From NCBI GenBank assembly GCA_017475605.1, contig JAFVFD010000004.1:60001-92000 (forward strand): a DNA stretch of 32,000 nt, written 5' to 3'. The notes below the pieces were generated by a model. The model did not search any database and was not told where the DNA came from. It saw nothing but the letters and a program-made list of their open reading frames with translations. The position numbers and the translations under genes were made by a program. This DNA comes from Alphaproteobacteria bacterium (lineage in GTDB: Bacteria; Pseudomonadota; Alphaproteobacteria; Rs-D84). Of the stretch, positions 10,157 to 17,735 are shown one piece after another; position 1 is the stretch's first letter, and each line of letters opens with the position of its first letter.

Positions 10157-10831
10157 TTATTTTACATCGATTTTCAGGCCTGGTCCCTGGGTTGTGGCAA
10201 CCGCCGCCCCCAAGATATACTGACCCTTGGACGATAATGGTTTAATTTTCTTCAACTGATCAATCAATGCATTTGCATTTTCAACCAATTGTTCCGTTGT
10301 GAACGACATTTTGCCGATACCAGCATGAATAATGCCCCTCTTTTCGGCACGATATTCAATCTGACCAGCCTTGGCTACTTTGACCGCTTCGGCAACATTG
10401 TTTGTAACCGTTCCCAATTTTGGATTCGGCATCAAACCTTTTGGTCCCAAAACACGTGCAACCTTGGACATTTTCGGCATCATATCCGGTGTCGCGATAA
10501 CACGATCAAAATTGATTTGACCGTTTGCTACGGCTTCAATCAATTCTTCGCCACCAATAACATCGGCACCAGCCTTTTTGGCTTCGTCCTGGGAATTGAT
10601 GGTAAATACTGCAACGCGGACCTTTTTACCAGTACCATTTGGCAACGACAACATTCCACGAATGTTTTGATCGGCCTTGGTTACATCGATACCCAAACGG
10701 ATTGCGATTTCCAAACTTTCATCAAACTTCTTGGATGCGAATGGACGCAATGCTTCTACTGCGTCTGCAATGGAATAAACTTTATTTCTGTCCAAATTCG
10801 CCCAAGTTTGCTGTCTTTTCGTAGTTTTCAT
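10157..10831 (-). CDS. rplA: 50S ribosomal protein L1
   Basis: 224 aa with typical L1 blocks (FDESLEIAIRLGID, RGMLSLPNGTGK, LGPKGLMPNPK). Confidence 0.96.
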   Translation of the reverse strand: MKTTKRQQTWANLDRNKVYSIADAVEALRPFASKKFDESLEIAIRLGIDVTKADQNIRGMLSLPNGTGKKVRVAVFTINSQDEAKKAGADVIGGEELIEAVANGQINFDRVIATPDMMPKMSKVARVLGPKGLMPNPKLGTVTNNVAEAVKVAKAGQIEYRAEKRGIIHAGIGKMSFTTEQLVENANALIDQLKKIKPLSSKGQYILGAAVATTQGPGLKIDVK

Positions 10832-10834
10832 ATC

Positions 10835-11266
10835 TTATTCCTCCACCTTTACGCCCATAGAACGACATTGACCCGCAACGATGTTCATTGCAGATTCAAC
10901 GGTAGAGCAATTAAGATCCGGCATTTTAGCCTCAGCAATTTGCTTGATTTGATCTTTTGTGATTGTACCAACAAAATCGCGACCTGGTTTGTGTGAACCG
11001 ATTTTCAATTTCAATGCCTTTTTGATATAGTAAGACACTGGTGGCAATTTCATAATAAATTCGAAACTGCGGTCGGTATAAACCGTAATAATACATGGAA
11101 TCGGCATACCCGGTTCTTTGTCAGCGGTTTTGTCATTAAATTGTTTACAGAATTCGGCGATATTAACACCCGCCGCACCCAAAGCCGGCCCAATAGGAGG
11201 CGCTGGGTTTGCTTGTTTAGCCGGGACGACCAGTTTGACCAATCCCTTGACTTCTTTCTTTGCCAT
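10835..11266 (-). CDS. rplK: 50S ribosomal protein L11
   Basis: The protein starts [30 protein letters not shown]. The ATG at 11266 is preceded by a GGAGTGA Shine-Dalgarno. The 16-codon upstream extension in the ORF track was rejected. Confidence 0.96.
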   Translation of the reverse strand: MAKKEVKGLVKLVVPAKQANPAPPIGPALGAAGVNIAEFCKQFNDKTADKEPGMPIPCIITVYTDRSFEFIMKLPPVSYYIKKALKLKIGSHKPGRDFVGTITKDQIKQIAEAKMPDLNCSTVESAMNIVAGQCRSMGVKVEE

Positions 11267-11366
11267 AGTTTCACTCCATTTTTGTTTGTTGTGTTGTGGT
11301 GCGATGTGGCGCATCTACCACAGATTGTGCGATTTTTCTAAATCGCGAAAACTTTTTGTGTCGATT

Positions 11367-11900
11367 CTAGATTTTTTCCACCTGGGTAAAATCTAGTTCA
11401 ACACTTGTTTCACGACCGAATACCAAAATGGTAACAGTCATCTTCTGTTTAAGATTATCCGCTTCGGAAATAACACCGTTAAACCCAGCAAACGGACCAT
11501 CTATAACATGAACTTCTTGGCCAACTTCGTATGTAACATCATCAACAGCAACAGCACCTTCTTCGACCTGTTTAATAAGGCGGCGCGCTTCTTCTTCGCT
11601 GACCGGAATTGGTTTTTGTTTCGCGCCCAGGAACATAACCACCTGGGGCATCAATTTTACCAAAGAAAAGGTTTCGTTATTCATAACCATTTGAACAACG
11701 ATATAACCTGGGAAAAACTTCTTTTCAGATTTAACGCGTTTACCAGCCTTGATTTCGACAACTTCGCGGGTTGGAACCAAAATTTCGCCAAAAAATGCGT
11801 TCAAGCGACGTTTATCAATTTGTTCGCGCAAACCACGGGCAACCTTGTCTTCACAGCCCGTATGAACATTTACAACAAACCATTGCATTTTTTCTTCCAT
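11367..11900 (-). CDS. nusG: Transcription termination/antitermination factor NusG
   Basis: 177 aa with an NGN domain (WFVVNVHTGCEDKV) and a KOW motif (VHVIDGPFAGFNGVI). AAGGAAG lies 7 nt upstream of the ATG at 11900. Confidence 0.95.
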   Translation of the reverse strand: MEEKMQWFVVNVHTGCEDKVARGLREQIDKRRLNAFFGEILVPTREVVEIKAGKRVKSEKKFFPGYIVVQMVMNNETFSLVKLMPQVVMFLGAKQKPIPVSEEEARRLIKQVEEGAVAVDDVTYEVGQEVHVIDGPFAGFNGVISEADNLKQKMTVTILVFGRETSVELDFTQVEKI

Positions 11901-11925
11901 CTATACTTCCTTTGGCCAGTATGTT

Positions 11926-12105
11926 TTAGAAAATCCAACTAACAATCGCGTTAAGTGCGCTGTCTACCAAGAAAAAGAACAACGCAGCAAGACCTGAAAA
12001 CACCAGAATCATTATTGTTGCACGCCACACCTCATCACGTGACGGCCATACAATTTTAAACCATTCTGCGCGAACTGAATTAATATATCCCAGTATTTTT
12101 TTCAT
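11926..12105 (-). CDS. secE: Preprotein translocase subunit SecE (59 aa)
   Basis: MKKILGYINSVRAEWFKIVWPSRDEVWRATIMILVFSGLAALFFFLVD shows the conserved KVxWP motif followed by a single TM helix. It sits between tRNA-Trp and nusG. An alternative start is at 12114. The longer ORF-track version overlaps the tRNA and was rejected. Confidence 0.8.
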   Translation of the reverse strand: MKKILGYINSVRAEWFKIVWPSRDEVWRATIMILVFSGLAALFFFLVDSALNAIVSWIF

Positions 12106-12156
12106 AAAAATCATCCAATTTTTATCAATTTTGCGACTATTGCTTTGCCTGAAATC

Positions 12157-12230
12157 TGGCAGGGGCAGAAGGAATCGAACCCTCATCCGCGGTTTTGGAG
12201 ACCGATATTCTACCGTTGAACTATGCCCCT
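12157..12230 (-). tRNA. trnW: tRNA-Trp (anticodon CCA), CCA end encoded
   Basis: The reverse complement AGGGGCATAGTTCAACGGTAGAATATCGGTCTCCAAAACCGCGGATGAGGGTTCGATTCCTTCTGCCCCTGCCA folds as a cloverleaf. It has a 7 bp acceptor stem (AGGGGCA/TGCCCCT), anticodon loop CTCCAAA and T-loop TTCGATT. It closely resembles E. coli tRNA-Trp. Confidence 0.93.
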
Positions 12231-12401
12231 GTACACCATACAATATCGCCCGATTTTATGCCGCAATACCCCAATAGTCTGCGATAAGATACCACAGCAT
12301 TATAAAAAATCAAGTGGAAATATTATATTGTTTTAAATATTTTTGTGCAAGTGAAAATTAACATTATCTTTTGATAAATCTAAAATTATTGTAATTTTTG
12401 C

Positions 12402-12431
12402 TTGCGCCACCACTGCGTTTTTTTCTACAAT
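12402..12431 (+). promoter_or_regulatory. Candidate sigma70-type promoter for the virB8-like operon
   Basis: TTGCGC (12402-12407), 18 bp spacer, TACAAT (12426-12431), about 25 nt upstream of the GTG start. It lies at the edge of a very AT-rich spacer. Confidence 0.3.
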
Positions 12432-12455
12432 CAATTTACACAAGGGGGAGAAATC

Positions 12456-13130
12456 GTGCAAAACCGCATAGAACCGCCAATTTTGCTGTCTCGGATTTTA
12501 ACGCTTGTCTTTGCGGCAACGTTGGTTGTGCTGGTTGTGTTGGTCGTAACATTATATAAGATGTTCCCACTTGATCGGCCCGAAGTGTTTTTCCTGCGTT
12601 CCGCCAACCCCACAAATACAGAAATCACATTGACCCAGGTTATGCCCGATGTCAATGGTCTGGACGAATATAAACGCGCTTTTATTGCTGAATATGTCAA
12701 AACCCGTAATGAAATCGAACCCAACATTCGTATTATGACAAATAATTGGAATCGTGTTCGTACGATGTCTTCGGACGATGTTTATGCGGGATTTGCCAAT
12801 ACCGCCATGTATCAGGAATACCTGCTTAATGCCGGGACGGACGGAAACCTTGATTTTTCGTGTTCTGTGGAATATTCCCCGGGCAGTGTCAGTAAATATA
12901 CCGCTGATGGAACGACATATACGGTTGATTTCAAATGGTTCTGTACAAATAGTTATGGACAGACCGACCGAAAAGATTATAGAATAAAAATAAAGGTGGA
13001 AACCGATGATGTCCAAAATATGAAATGGACCGATCATATGGAAAATCCACTGGGGTTACGGGTTACTGAATATTCGGTTGAATCGGACGATGGCGACCCA
13101 TTGGATGCCTTTGTCATAGGTAACGAATAA
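12456..13130 (+). CDS. virB8: VirB8/TrbF-like type IV secretion inner-membrane protein (224 aa)
   Basis: A GTG start is preceded by GGGGGAG. There is a single N-terminal TM helix (ILTLVFAATLVVLVVLVVTLY) followed by a periplasmic domain with the VirB8-like FIAEYVKTRNEI block. It lies directly upstream of VirB9- and VirB10-like genes. The TTG start at 12402 in the ORF track was rejected. Confidence 0.7.
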   Translation: MQNRIEPPILLSRILTLVFAATLVVLVVLVVTLYKMFPLDRPEVFFLRSANPTNTEITLTQVMPDVNGLDEYKRAFIAEYVKTRNEIEPNIRIMTNNWNRVRTMSSDDVYAGFANTAMYQEYLLNAGTDGNLDFSCSVEYSPGSVSKYTADGTTYTVDFKWFCTNSYGQTDRKDYRIKIKVETDDVQNMKWTDHMENPLGLRVTEYSVESDDGDPLDAFVIGNE

Positions 13131-13143
13131 CCCATAAAATATT

Positions 13144-14712
13144 ATGAAAGGAAAGAACGGCATGACATTTTTGAATAATTTTAAGTTAAATGTATCTTTG
13201 TTGTGTTTGGCGATTGTTTGTGCGGCACCATCAACCGTTTTGGCGGCGCAAACCGCATGGAACAATCCTAATGCCAACATGGCGGCGGGCAGTACGAAAC
13301 CCGGATATGCCCAACTTTCTTGGTCCAAGGGGACTGTTTTACCAATAAGATTGCGCAGCGGCATGGTTACAATGATATCCCTGCCGGCCGGCGAACAGAT
13401 TGACGAAGCGACCATCGGTAACAACGGTATGTTTCAAATTGATACCGCACCGGGCGCGAACGTTATGTATATCACCCCAAATGCGGATGTCCAGGGTGGC
13501 GATACTAATATGATTGTAAGTGGTAAATCGGGCAATCAATATATATTCTATCTGCGGGCGGAACCAACAAATTCGTCTGAAATCACCTATTCCCAGGTCG
13601 AAGTTGTAATGGACGGCAACGCGGCATTACCGAATGTATCAGGTGCCAAGGCCACCACCGCGGGCAGTATGTCATCCATATTTAATAACAAAAAATCTTC
13701 GAAATCATCCAGTGGTGTTTATGGTGTTGACGGCGAAGATTTTGGTTGGATTAAATCAATGAAGATTGATCCGTCTGAATTCCGTTTTGATTTGGATATA
13801 TTTGTTCCAAATCCGGACGATTATGTAATTGCGCCGGAACGCGTATGGCGCGATCGTATATTCACATACATTGACTTTGGGGACAAGGTTATTGCCATGA
13901 CCCAACGGCCCGTTGTGTCATTATTGGTCGAAGGTGGCGAATCCCCGGTTGGTTTCCGTACCGATGGCGAAGATGGTCGTTTATTGATAGTAGAAGCCGT
14001 CGGCGACATGGTTTTGCGCAGTGGCCAACGTATTGTCTGTATCAAGAAACGTGAAAAACCGTTCCTTATTGCCGACACTAGTTCCGTTATGGCCCTGGCC
14101 GAGGCTAATGTTGCGCAATCAATGATGTCCGGTCAATCGTTAAACAGCCTGACATATGCCTATGATATGAATGCTATTAACAGTGCTGGTGTAAATTATA
14201 CAGGCACACCTGTTATGGTTGGTAATACCGCAAATACAAACTCGGCGGGCTATTATATGCCGGCAGGCTTTGTCGCAGGCCAGGTTTACCCACAAACCGC
14301 AACAGCGGGTGGTGCGAAATCATCGGGCGCGGTTACAATGATGCCGACCGAACGTGTAACGGCGGGTTCATATTTGCCACAATCTAATATTCCAATTATT
14401 TCCAGTAACCAAACCGGCGTTGCTGTTGAATTAAAATCTGATACATCGGTCAAGGCTCTTAATGACTATTGGGTTGGGTTATTGGCGAAATTCAGTGGCG
14501 AAAACGGTGCGGGCCTGCTTACCCCATACAAAGACAAGGTATTCTTTGCGGTTGATGAACAGGGTGTCGGCGAATTGGGTTCCGGCGCGACAACGGCGCG
14601 TTTGTACCGTTTGCGCATTGGGCCAATGGCTGATATTGATACGGCACAAAAATTGTGCGACCAGTTATTGAAGTTCAGCGGTGCAAGTTGCAGCGTGGTA
14701 AGAATACAGTAA
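13144..14712 (+). CDS. virB9: VirB9/TrbG/CagX-like T4SS outer-membrane core protein fused to a C-terminal SPOR domain (522 aa)
   Basis: - Signal peptide ending LCLAIVCAAPSTVLA/AQ.
- VirB9 N-domain pattern: LPIRLRSGMVTMISLPAGEQI...TNMIVSGKSGNQYIFYL.
- VirB9 C-domain pattern: APERVWRDRIFTYIDFGDKV...RPVVSLLVEGGESPVGFR...LIVEAVGDMVLRSGQRIVCIKK.
- Low-complexity linker at aa ~305-423.
- SPOR-like end: ARLYRLRIGPMADIDTAQKLCDQLLKFSGASCSVVRIQ.
- The start may instead be the ATG at 13162. Confidence 0.75.
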   Translation: MKGKNGMTFLNNFKLNVSLLCLAIVCAAPSTVLAAQTAWNNPNANMAAGSTKPGYAQLSWSKGTVLPIRLRSGMVTMISLPAGEQIDEATIGNNGMFQIDTAPGANVMYITPNADVQGGDTNMIVSGKSGNQYIFYLRAEPTNSSEITYSQVEVVMDGNAALPNVSGAKATTAGSMSSIFNNKKSSKSSSGVYGVDGEDFGWIKSMKIDPSEFRFDLDIFVPNPDDYVIAPERVWRDRIFTYIDFGDKVIAMTQRPVVSLLVEGGESPVGFRTDGEDGRLLIVEAVGDMVLRSGQRIVCIKKREKPFLIADTSSVMALAEANVAQSMMSGQSLNSLTYAYDMNAINSAGVNYTGTPVMVGNTANTNSAGYYMPAGFVAGQVYPQTATAGGAKSSGAVTMMPTERVTAGSYLPQSNIPIISSNQTGVAVELKSDTSVKALNDYWVGLLAKFSGENGAGLLTPYKDKVFFAVDEQGVGELGSGATTARLYRLRIGPMADIDTAQKLCDQLLKFSGASCSVVRIQ

Positions 14713-14733
14713 TTATTTTGGGTGCGGATTAAT

Positions 14734-17079
14734 ATGAGTAAACTTGGACAGCAATTTTCAGATTTGCGTGAATCAACGCCAAAATATGTTCAATGGTTAT
14801 TGTTGGGCGCGGCGTTTCTTGTTGTGCTTATATTATTAACATTGTTAATGACGGGCAACAAAACCAAAAAGGCCACCCAAAAAGCGAATGATATTCCTGT
14901 CAAGGTTACAATATCTAATGATACTGTGGATTGGGCAAATGTTTTAGTTGGCACCAAGAAGACTGAAACAATTCTTGTAAAGACGAATGCGCCGGCGCGC
15001 GCGACCGTTCGTCGTAACAAGGAAATTGATGGTTTTAATGTCAAAACGACCTGTACAGATGCGGGCGAAATAACTGCATCTATTCCATGTCGTGTAATTT
15101 TGGAATATACACCAAATATCGCGATGAAGCCTGAAACGGTCGCGTTGTTCGTTGATTGGCGCGCGGCGAACGAACCAGATTCAATGAAAACGGCTGAAAA
15201 AATAACCGTCGTTTTGGGCGCAACCGCACCGGTGGTCAAGGAAACCCCAAAACCAATCGTAAAGCCCGAACCAATTGTTGTGCCTGAACCAGTTGCGGAA
15301 CCAGAACCGATTGTAAAACCGGCACCCAAAATTGAATCGGAAATTAAATCAATTGCGCCATCTGACCCATTCGCAGATGAAATAAAAATGTCGGCACCGG
15401 TTGCCCTGCCCGAACCGGCCCCGCGTGCAAGTGAATCTTGTTCTGATTTTGCGTTCCCGGGCTATGATGCATCGGGCAATCAAATTGGTTGGATAAAGCC
15501 TGAACGTGGCGGATATTATTTTCACCCGTTTTCTGATACCGAATGTAAAAATGCCACCGGTATCTATAACCCGGACAGTGGTATTATCACCGACATTAAC
15601 GGTGGCGGCAAACGCATTGGTACCGATGCGGAACATATTGGAAACGCAATTACAACAGGAAATATGCCGGCATTGAACGATGCACCATGGGCGCGTCGTG
15701 CATCCGTTCGCAATACCGATACAATCGTTGAAGTTCCCGCCGCCGGCATGGGCAAGGTTGTTGTGAAAACAGAAGATAAAGATGTTAAGTTTGAATCAAG
15801 TGGTGATACTGTAACAAACACTGTCGCATACGATCGCACATTTATTTTGCGTCAATATAAACCAATTCCGGCGACAATTGTGTCCGATGTTCGTGCAGAT
15901 CCATCTTTATATAACCAGGACAACACATTACCGGTCCGCGCAACCGTTGATCGTAATGTTTATTCCGATAATGGCCGTACCGTTATTATCCCGGCGGGGA
16001 CCTTGTTGTTGGGCTATTTGACCGGCAAAATGCCTGGACCATATACGGCAATTGGCCGCATGGAAATCAATTGGTATCAATTTGTTTTACCAAACGGTGT
16101 TGAATTTAATTTTACGGGTGGCACACGTGATCCGTTTTCTGGCGATGCCCAGGGACGTGTTGGTGTTCCCGGACGGGGCAGTACGGACTATCTGGAACAA
16201 TTTGTAATGCCAATGTTAACGGCGATTGTACCTGCGGCGGTTAATATGATTGCGCCGGTGGCGGATAAATTTGTGAATCAAATTGATTTGGACAATAATA
16301 CCGTTGTACAAAGTGGAACCATGCGTTCATCAGAATTGGCCAAGAATGAAATTATCACAGCCTGGAACCAGGTGGCACAAAAATTATTGGTCGATATGAT
16401 GGATAATACCGTTCCCCCGTTCACTATTCCGGCCGGTACGCGTATTACTGTTTATTCGCCATCGGATCTTCAGGTTACATGTGGTGCACCAGGGACCAGC
16501 GACAAAAAATGCGCTGTTGCAGAATACAGTACCACACCCCGTCCAAATTGGAAAAATAGTGCCACGCCAGATTATAACGACGGTTCATGGGTTGGCCAGG
16601 CGCGTTCGTTTAACTGGGCGGCGGAATATTGCACCAGTTATAAAGACGGTAAATTAAACCTGTCATCTGTACAGTTGGCTGAATTAGCAAATAAGGGCCT
16701 GGATTACAGCGATGTATTATTCTATTGCCAATCAAATCAGTACAAGGCAATCAATAATGCCCGCCAGGAAGCAATTTATCAGAACCAACAATCGACCAGT
16801 AACAAAAACAGTATAGCCAGCAAAAGCCAAGACACAAAAACATATAATGAACAAGTTTTGGGCCTTAAATACAACGAAGATGGTTCTATTAAAAATCCTT
16901 ACCAGACCGAACAAAAACCGGCCGAAGCCGCACCCACCGAAAACGTTATTACCTGTGAAGACGGTTTGGCACCGGACGCAAATGGTTGTTGCACTGGCGA
17001 AATCTATACAGATATGGGTGAACAAGGGTTCAATTGCTGTCCGCAATCTGGTGGCGATTGTTTTCCACCAATTCTGTAA
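14734..17079 (+). CDS. virB10: VirB10/TrbI-like T4SS core protein with N-terminal beta-rich region, Pro-rich spacer and Cys-rich C-terminal extension (781 aa)
   Basis: - N-terminal TM helix (WLLLGAAFLVVLILLTLLM).
- Pro-rich segment KPEPIVVPEPVAEPEPIVKPAPK.
- TrbI/VirB10 barrel blocks: IPATIVSDV...LPVRATVDRNVYSDNGRTVIIPAGTLLLG...RMEINWYQFVLPNGVEF...GDAQGRVGVPG...FTIPAGTRITVY.
- The ATG at 14734 is preferred over the GTG at 14722. Confidence 0.8.
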   Translation: MSKLGQQFSDLRESTPKYVQWLLLGAAFLVVLILLTLLMTGNKTKKATQKANDIPVKVTISNDTVDWANVLVGTKKTETILVKTNAPARATVRRNKEIDGFNVKTTCTDAGEITASIPCRVILEYTPNIAMKPETVALFVDWRAANEPDSMKTAEKITVVLGATAPVVKETPKPIVKPEPIVVPEPVAEPEPIVKPAPKIESEIKSIAPSDPFADEIKMSAPVALPEPAPRASESCSDFAFPGYDASGNQIGWIKPERGGYYFHPFSDTECKNATGIYNPDSGIITDINGGGKRIGTDAEHIGNAITTGNMPALNDAPWARRASVRNTDTIVEVPAAGMGKVVVKTEDKDVKFESSGDTVTNTVAYDRTFILRQYKPIPATIVSDVRADPSLYNQDNTLPVRATVDRNVYSDNGRTVIIPAGTLLLGYLTGKMPGPYTAIGRMEINWYQFVLPNGVEFNFTGGTRDPFSGDAQGRVGVPGRGSTDYLEQFVMPMLTAIVPAAVNMIAPVADKFVNQIDLDNNTVVQSGTMRSSELAKNEIITAWNQVAQKLLVDMMDNTVPPFTIPAGTRITVYSPSDLQVTCGAPGTSDKKCAVAEYSTTPRPNWKNSATPDYNDGSWVGQARSFNWAAEYCTSYKDGKLNLSSVQLAELANKGLDYSDVLFYCQSNQYKAINNARQEAIYQNQQSTSNKNSIASKSQDTKTYNEQVLGLKYNEDGSIKNPYQTEQKPAEAAPTENVITCEDGLAPDANGCCTGEIYTDMGEQGFNCCPQSGGDCFPPIL

Positions 17080-17098
17080 TGGAATAATCAAACAAAAT

Positions 17099-17124
17099 AA
17101 CCCGCATCTGCGGGTTATTTTTTT
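17099..17124 (+). terminator. Rho-independent terminator after the virB10-like gene
   Basis: AACCCGCA-TC-TGCGGGTT stem (17099-17116) followed by ATTTTTTT, 20 nt after the stop codon. Confidence 0.7.
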
Positions 17125-17188
17125 ACCCATGGGGGCAAATATGAACACATCATAACCATATTACTGTCTATGTTATCATACACCATAC

Positions 17189-17213
17189 ATCGCGCATTTG
17201 TTGCGCGATTTTT
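17189..17213 (+). terminator. Second terminator-like hairpin
   Basis: ATCGCGCA-TTTGT-TGCGCGAT (8 bp stem) followed by TTTTT, 65 nt downstream of the first terminator. Confidence 0.5.
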
Positions 17214-17234
17214 ATTAAAACACATTATAAAACC

Positions 17235-17286
17235 CGATTCGACCACACAAAAACAAAAATTATACGCGAATCGGAAATCCGAATCG
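17235..17286. promoter_or_regulatory. Cluster of three CGAATCG/CGATTCG heptamers (each containing a GANTC site)
   Basis: CGATTCG at 17235-17241 and CGAATCG at 17267-17273 and 17280-17286. The last two are 13 bp apart and flank the small inverted repeat TCGGA-AA-TCCGA (17271-17282). The cluster is about 90-140 nt upstream of the 17376 start. Confidence 0.35.
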
Positions 17287-17375
17287 TATTTCAACTATCG
17301 GTTGTAAGGTTTAATAATATTCTAATTCGTGTTTATAAAGATACTAAACATTTTTTACCAAGGGAGAAAAACAAA

Positions 17376-17720
17376 ATGACAAACACACAAATTGCATACA
17401 CACCTGAAAAATTCCAAAACGCTGAACAATTATGGTTTTGGTTTTTATATTCTAAATCTGTTCAAAACGGTTATAGCCGTTCGCATGGTACCCCAACGCG
17501 TCGTGTATGCGAACTGGTCGATGTAGAAACACTTATAACAAAACTTTATCTGTGTGGAAAATTAAATGATGAACAATTGGAAATCATGAAAAAATTTGGC
17601 GACCGTCGCCGCGCCCCCCATCAGTATATCTGGGCGGAAAATCATGCCGCGGCGGTCTGGCATGATGCGATGTCTGTAATAGAAAATGCCGCCACCGCAC
17701 GCGGTTGGATAAACAAATAA
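17376..17720 (+). CDS. Hypothetical protein, 114 aa (no family recognised)
   Basis: An ATG is preceded by AGGGAG at 9 nt. The ORF is clean, flanked by terminators upstream, and followed 3 nt later by a co-oriented ORF. The sequence has Trp/Phe-rich LWFWFLY and a possible helix-rich KLNDEQLEIMKKFGDRRRAP segment. Confidence 0.6.
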   Translation: MTNTQIAYTPEKFQNAEQLWFWFLYSKSVQNGYSRSHGTPTRRVCELVDVETLITKLYLCGKLNDEQLEIMKKFGDRRRAPHQYIWAENHAAAVWHDAMSVIENAATARGWINK

Positions 17721-17735
17721 CCTATGGGGGAACAA

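Noticed and set aside
10289-10996. 235 aa plus-strand ORF spanning rplA and rplK
   Set aside because: It is antisense to two ribosomal protein genes, crosses their intergenic gap, and has no motifs.
12106-12243. N-terminal extension of the secE ORF (track ORF 11926..12243)
   Set aside because: The extension reads through tRNA-Trp on the same strand. The SecE homology starts only at MKKILGY.
12402-12455. TTG start at 12402 for the virB8-like ORF
   Set aside because: There is no Shine-Dalgarno. The GTG at 12456 has GGGGGAG at ideal spacing and begins just before the TM helix. The TTG coincides with the putative -35 element.
12431-15839. Minus-strand ORFs inside the virB8/9/10-like genes (12552..13037, 13056..13424, 13821..14078, 14790..15329, 15349..15636, 15564..15839)
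   Set aside because: They are antisense to ORFs with clear T4SS domain patterns. Their products are compositionally biased, for example the Gly/Ser/Thr mirror of the Pro-rich spacer.
17214-17375. CtrA-type TTAA-N7-TTAA boxes and DnaA boxes in the spacer upstream of the unknown cassette and in the tRNA-Trp/virB8 spacer
   Set aside because: Only imperfect matches were present (for example TTAA-N7-TATAA). In DNA this AT-rich such near-matches are expected by chance.
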